A DNA stretch of 8,395 nt from a virus (Duplodnaviria > Heunggongvirae > Uroviricota > Caudoviricetes), in IMG/VR virus record IMGVR_UViG_2690316099_000020. The stretch is one strand, 5' to 3'. Every line of letters starts with the position of its first letter. Position 1 is the stretch's first letter. Under the pieces are notes generated by a model. It worked only from the letters and a program-made list of their open reading frames with translations, did no database searches and had not been told where the DNA came from. A program made the position numbers and the translations under genes. Of the stretch, positions 7,079-8,395 are shown in pieces.

Positions 7079-8395
7079 GAAAAAACGTTGTCGCCGCTGG
7101 TGGTGCACAACAATCTGCAAATCGATCTCAATGAGCCGGACCTCTTTCTCGACAGCGACTCTCTGAGCCAGCTTCCCAAAGATCTCCTCACCATTCCGTT
7201 TCTCCACGATGTTCTGAGTGAAGATTTCGTTTTCTATTATCAGAATCATGCCGATCGTCTGGGCATTGAAGGCAGCATTCGTCGCATTGTCTATGAACAC
7301 GATCTCACGCTGAAAGATAAACTCTTTTCGTCACTCTTAGATCAGCCCGCGCAGGCTGCGCTATGGCACGATAAACAAGGCCATCTTTCACATTACATGG
7401 TGCTGATCCAGCGCAGTGGTTTAAGCAAACTGCTGGAGCCATTGTTGTTTGCCGCTACCAGCGACAGCCAGTTAAGCAAAACGGAAATCAGTAGCATCAA
7501 GATAAATAGTGAAACTATTCCTGTTTATCAGTTGCGCTATAACGGCAATAACGCCCTGATGTTCGCGACTTATCAGGACAAGATGCTGGTGTTTTCCAGC
7601 ACGGATATGTTGTTTAAAGATGATCAGCAGGATACCGAAGCCACGGCGATCGCAGGTGATTTGTTGAGCGGCAAAAAACGCTGGCAAGCAAGCTTTGGCC
7701 TGGAAGAGCGTGCTGCTGAAAAAACGCCAGTACGCCAGCGCATCGTGGTCAGCGCCAGGTTGCTGGGTTTTGGCTACCAGCGGTTAATGCCTTCTTTTGC
7801 TGGCGTACGCTTCGAAATGGGTAACGACGGCTGGCACAGTTTTGTGGCGTTAAATGATGAATCCGCCAGCGTAGATACCAGTTTCGATTTTACGCCGGTC
7901 TGGAACAGTATGCCTGCCGGGGCCAGCTTCTGTGTGGTGGTGCCGTATTCACACGGTATTGCCGAAGAGATGCTTTCGCACATCAGCCAGGAAAACGACA
8001 AGCTGAATGGGGCGTTAGACGGTGCCGCGGGGCTGTGCTGGTATGAAGACTCAAAATTGCAAACCCCGCTGTTTGTCGGTCAGTTTGATGGCACTGCCGA
8101 ACAGGCGCAATTGCCAGGGAAACTGTTTACGCAAAATATTGGTGCGCACGAAAGCAAAGCGCCAGAAGGTGTTTTGCCGATAAGCCAGACTCAGCAGGGC
8201 GAAGCGCAAATCTGGCGTCGCGAAGTGAGTTCCCGATACGGTCAGTATCCGAAAGCGCAGGCGGCGCAACCCGATCAATTAATGTCGGATTATTTTTTCC
8301 GCGTGTCGCTGGCGATGCAAAACAAAACGCTGCTTTTCTCCCTCGATGACACGCTGGTTAATAACGCCCTGCAAACACTGAATAAAAACCGCCCG
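6962..8395 (+). CDS. yfaA: YfaA-like DUF2138-family protein, 3'-partial (runs off window end); start not visible
   Basis: The frame starting at 7079 is open for all 439 codons to the window end (EKTLSPLVVHNNLQIDLNEPDLFLDSDSLSQLPKDLLTIPFLHDVLSEDFVFYYQNHADRLGIEGSIRRIVYEHDLTLKDKLF...LVNNALQTLNKNRP) with E. coli-like codon usage, while all other frames are broken. Identity is inferred from position immediately downstream of gyrA on the same strand; I cannot confirm it residue by residue. The start coordinate is a placeholder inside the N-run; the true start could be anywhere from TTG 6791 to about 7078. Confidence 0.65.
7096..7103 (+). other. Chi site 5'-GCTGGTGG-3'
   Basis: Exact octamer match on the + strand. 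Confidence 0.9.

Noticed and set aside
6766-8278. Minus-strand ORFs 6766..7194, 6839..7300, 7472..7687, 7774..8001 and 8051..8278
   Set aside because: They are antisense to the long open yfaA-like frame, and two of them depend on N-run translation.
1-8395. A novel defence, mobile or secretion system anywhere in the window
   Set aside because: Every visible ORF is accounted for by conserved core genes in the expected order (yfaL, ubiG, gyrA, yfaA). There are no integrase, transposase or recombinase ORFs, no IS terminal inverted repeats, no CRISPR-like spaced repeats and no tRNA. Chi density and orientation are typical of native E. coli chromosome. Anything unusual would have to lie in the N-masked 17%, which I cannot read.

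Overview
This window reads as a syntenic enterobacterial (Escherichia coli-like) core chromosome segment, not an accessory island. About 17% of it is N-masked (173-205, 2163-2791, 3666-4197 with a 4-nt island at 4095-4098, 6844-7078), so several gene starts and the ubiG-gyrA control region cannot be seen. Left to right: (1) the 3' ~3 kb of an AIDA-I-type autotransporter adhesin gene (yfaL-like, + strand) with a Pro/Thr/Asp linker and a beta-barrel C-terminus ending in Trp at 3041; (2) a convergent intergenic BIME made of two inverted REP units; (3) ubiG (- strand), with its 5' third masked; (4) gyrA (+ strand), visible from residue 26 to the stop at 6755, with wild-type QRDR codons, Tyr122, the GyrA box and the acidic tail; (5) two hairpins after gyrA; (6) the 5' ~1.3 kb of a yfaA-like ORF (+ strand) running off the window end. 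Six Chi octamers lie on the + strand and none on the - strand. I found no integrase, transposase, IS ends, CRISPR repeats, tRNA or toxin/defence-like ORFs in the visible sequence, so I cannot support a new system here. The least characterised element is the partial yfaA-like gene, which in E. coli begins a five-gene cluster encoding an alpha-2-macroglobulin homologue. Gene identities come from my recollection of the protein sequences, not from a database search.
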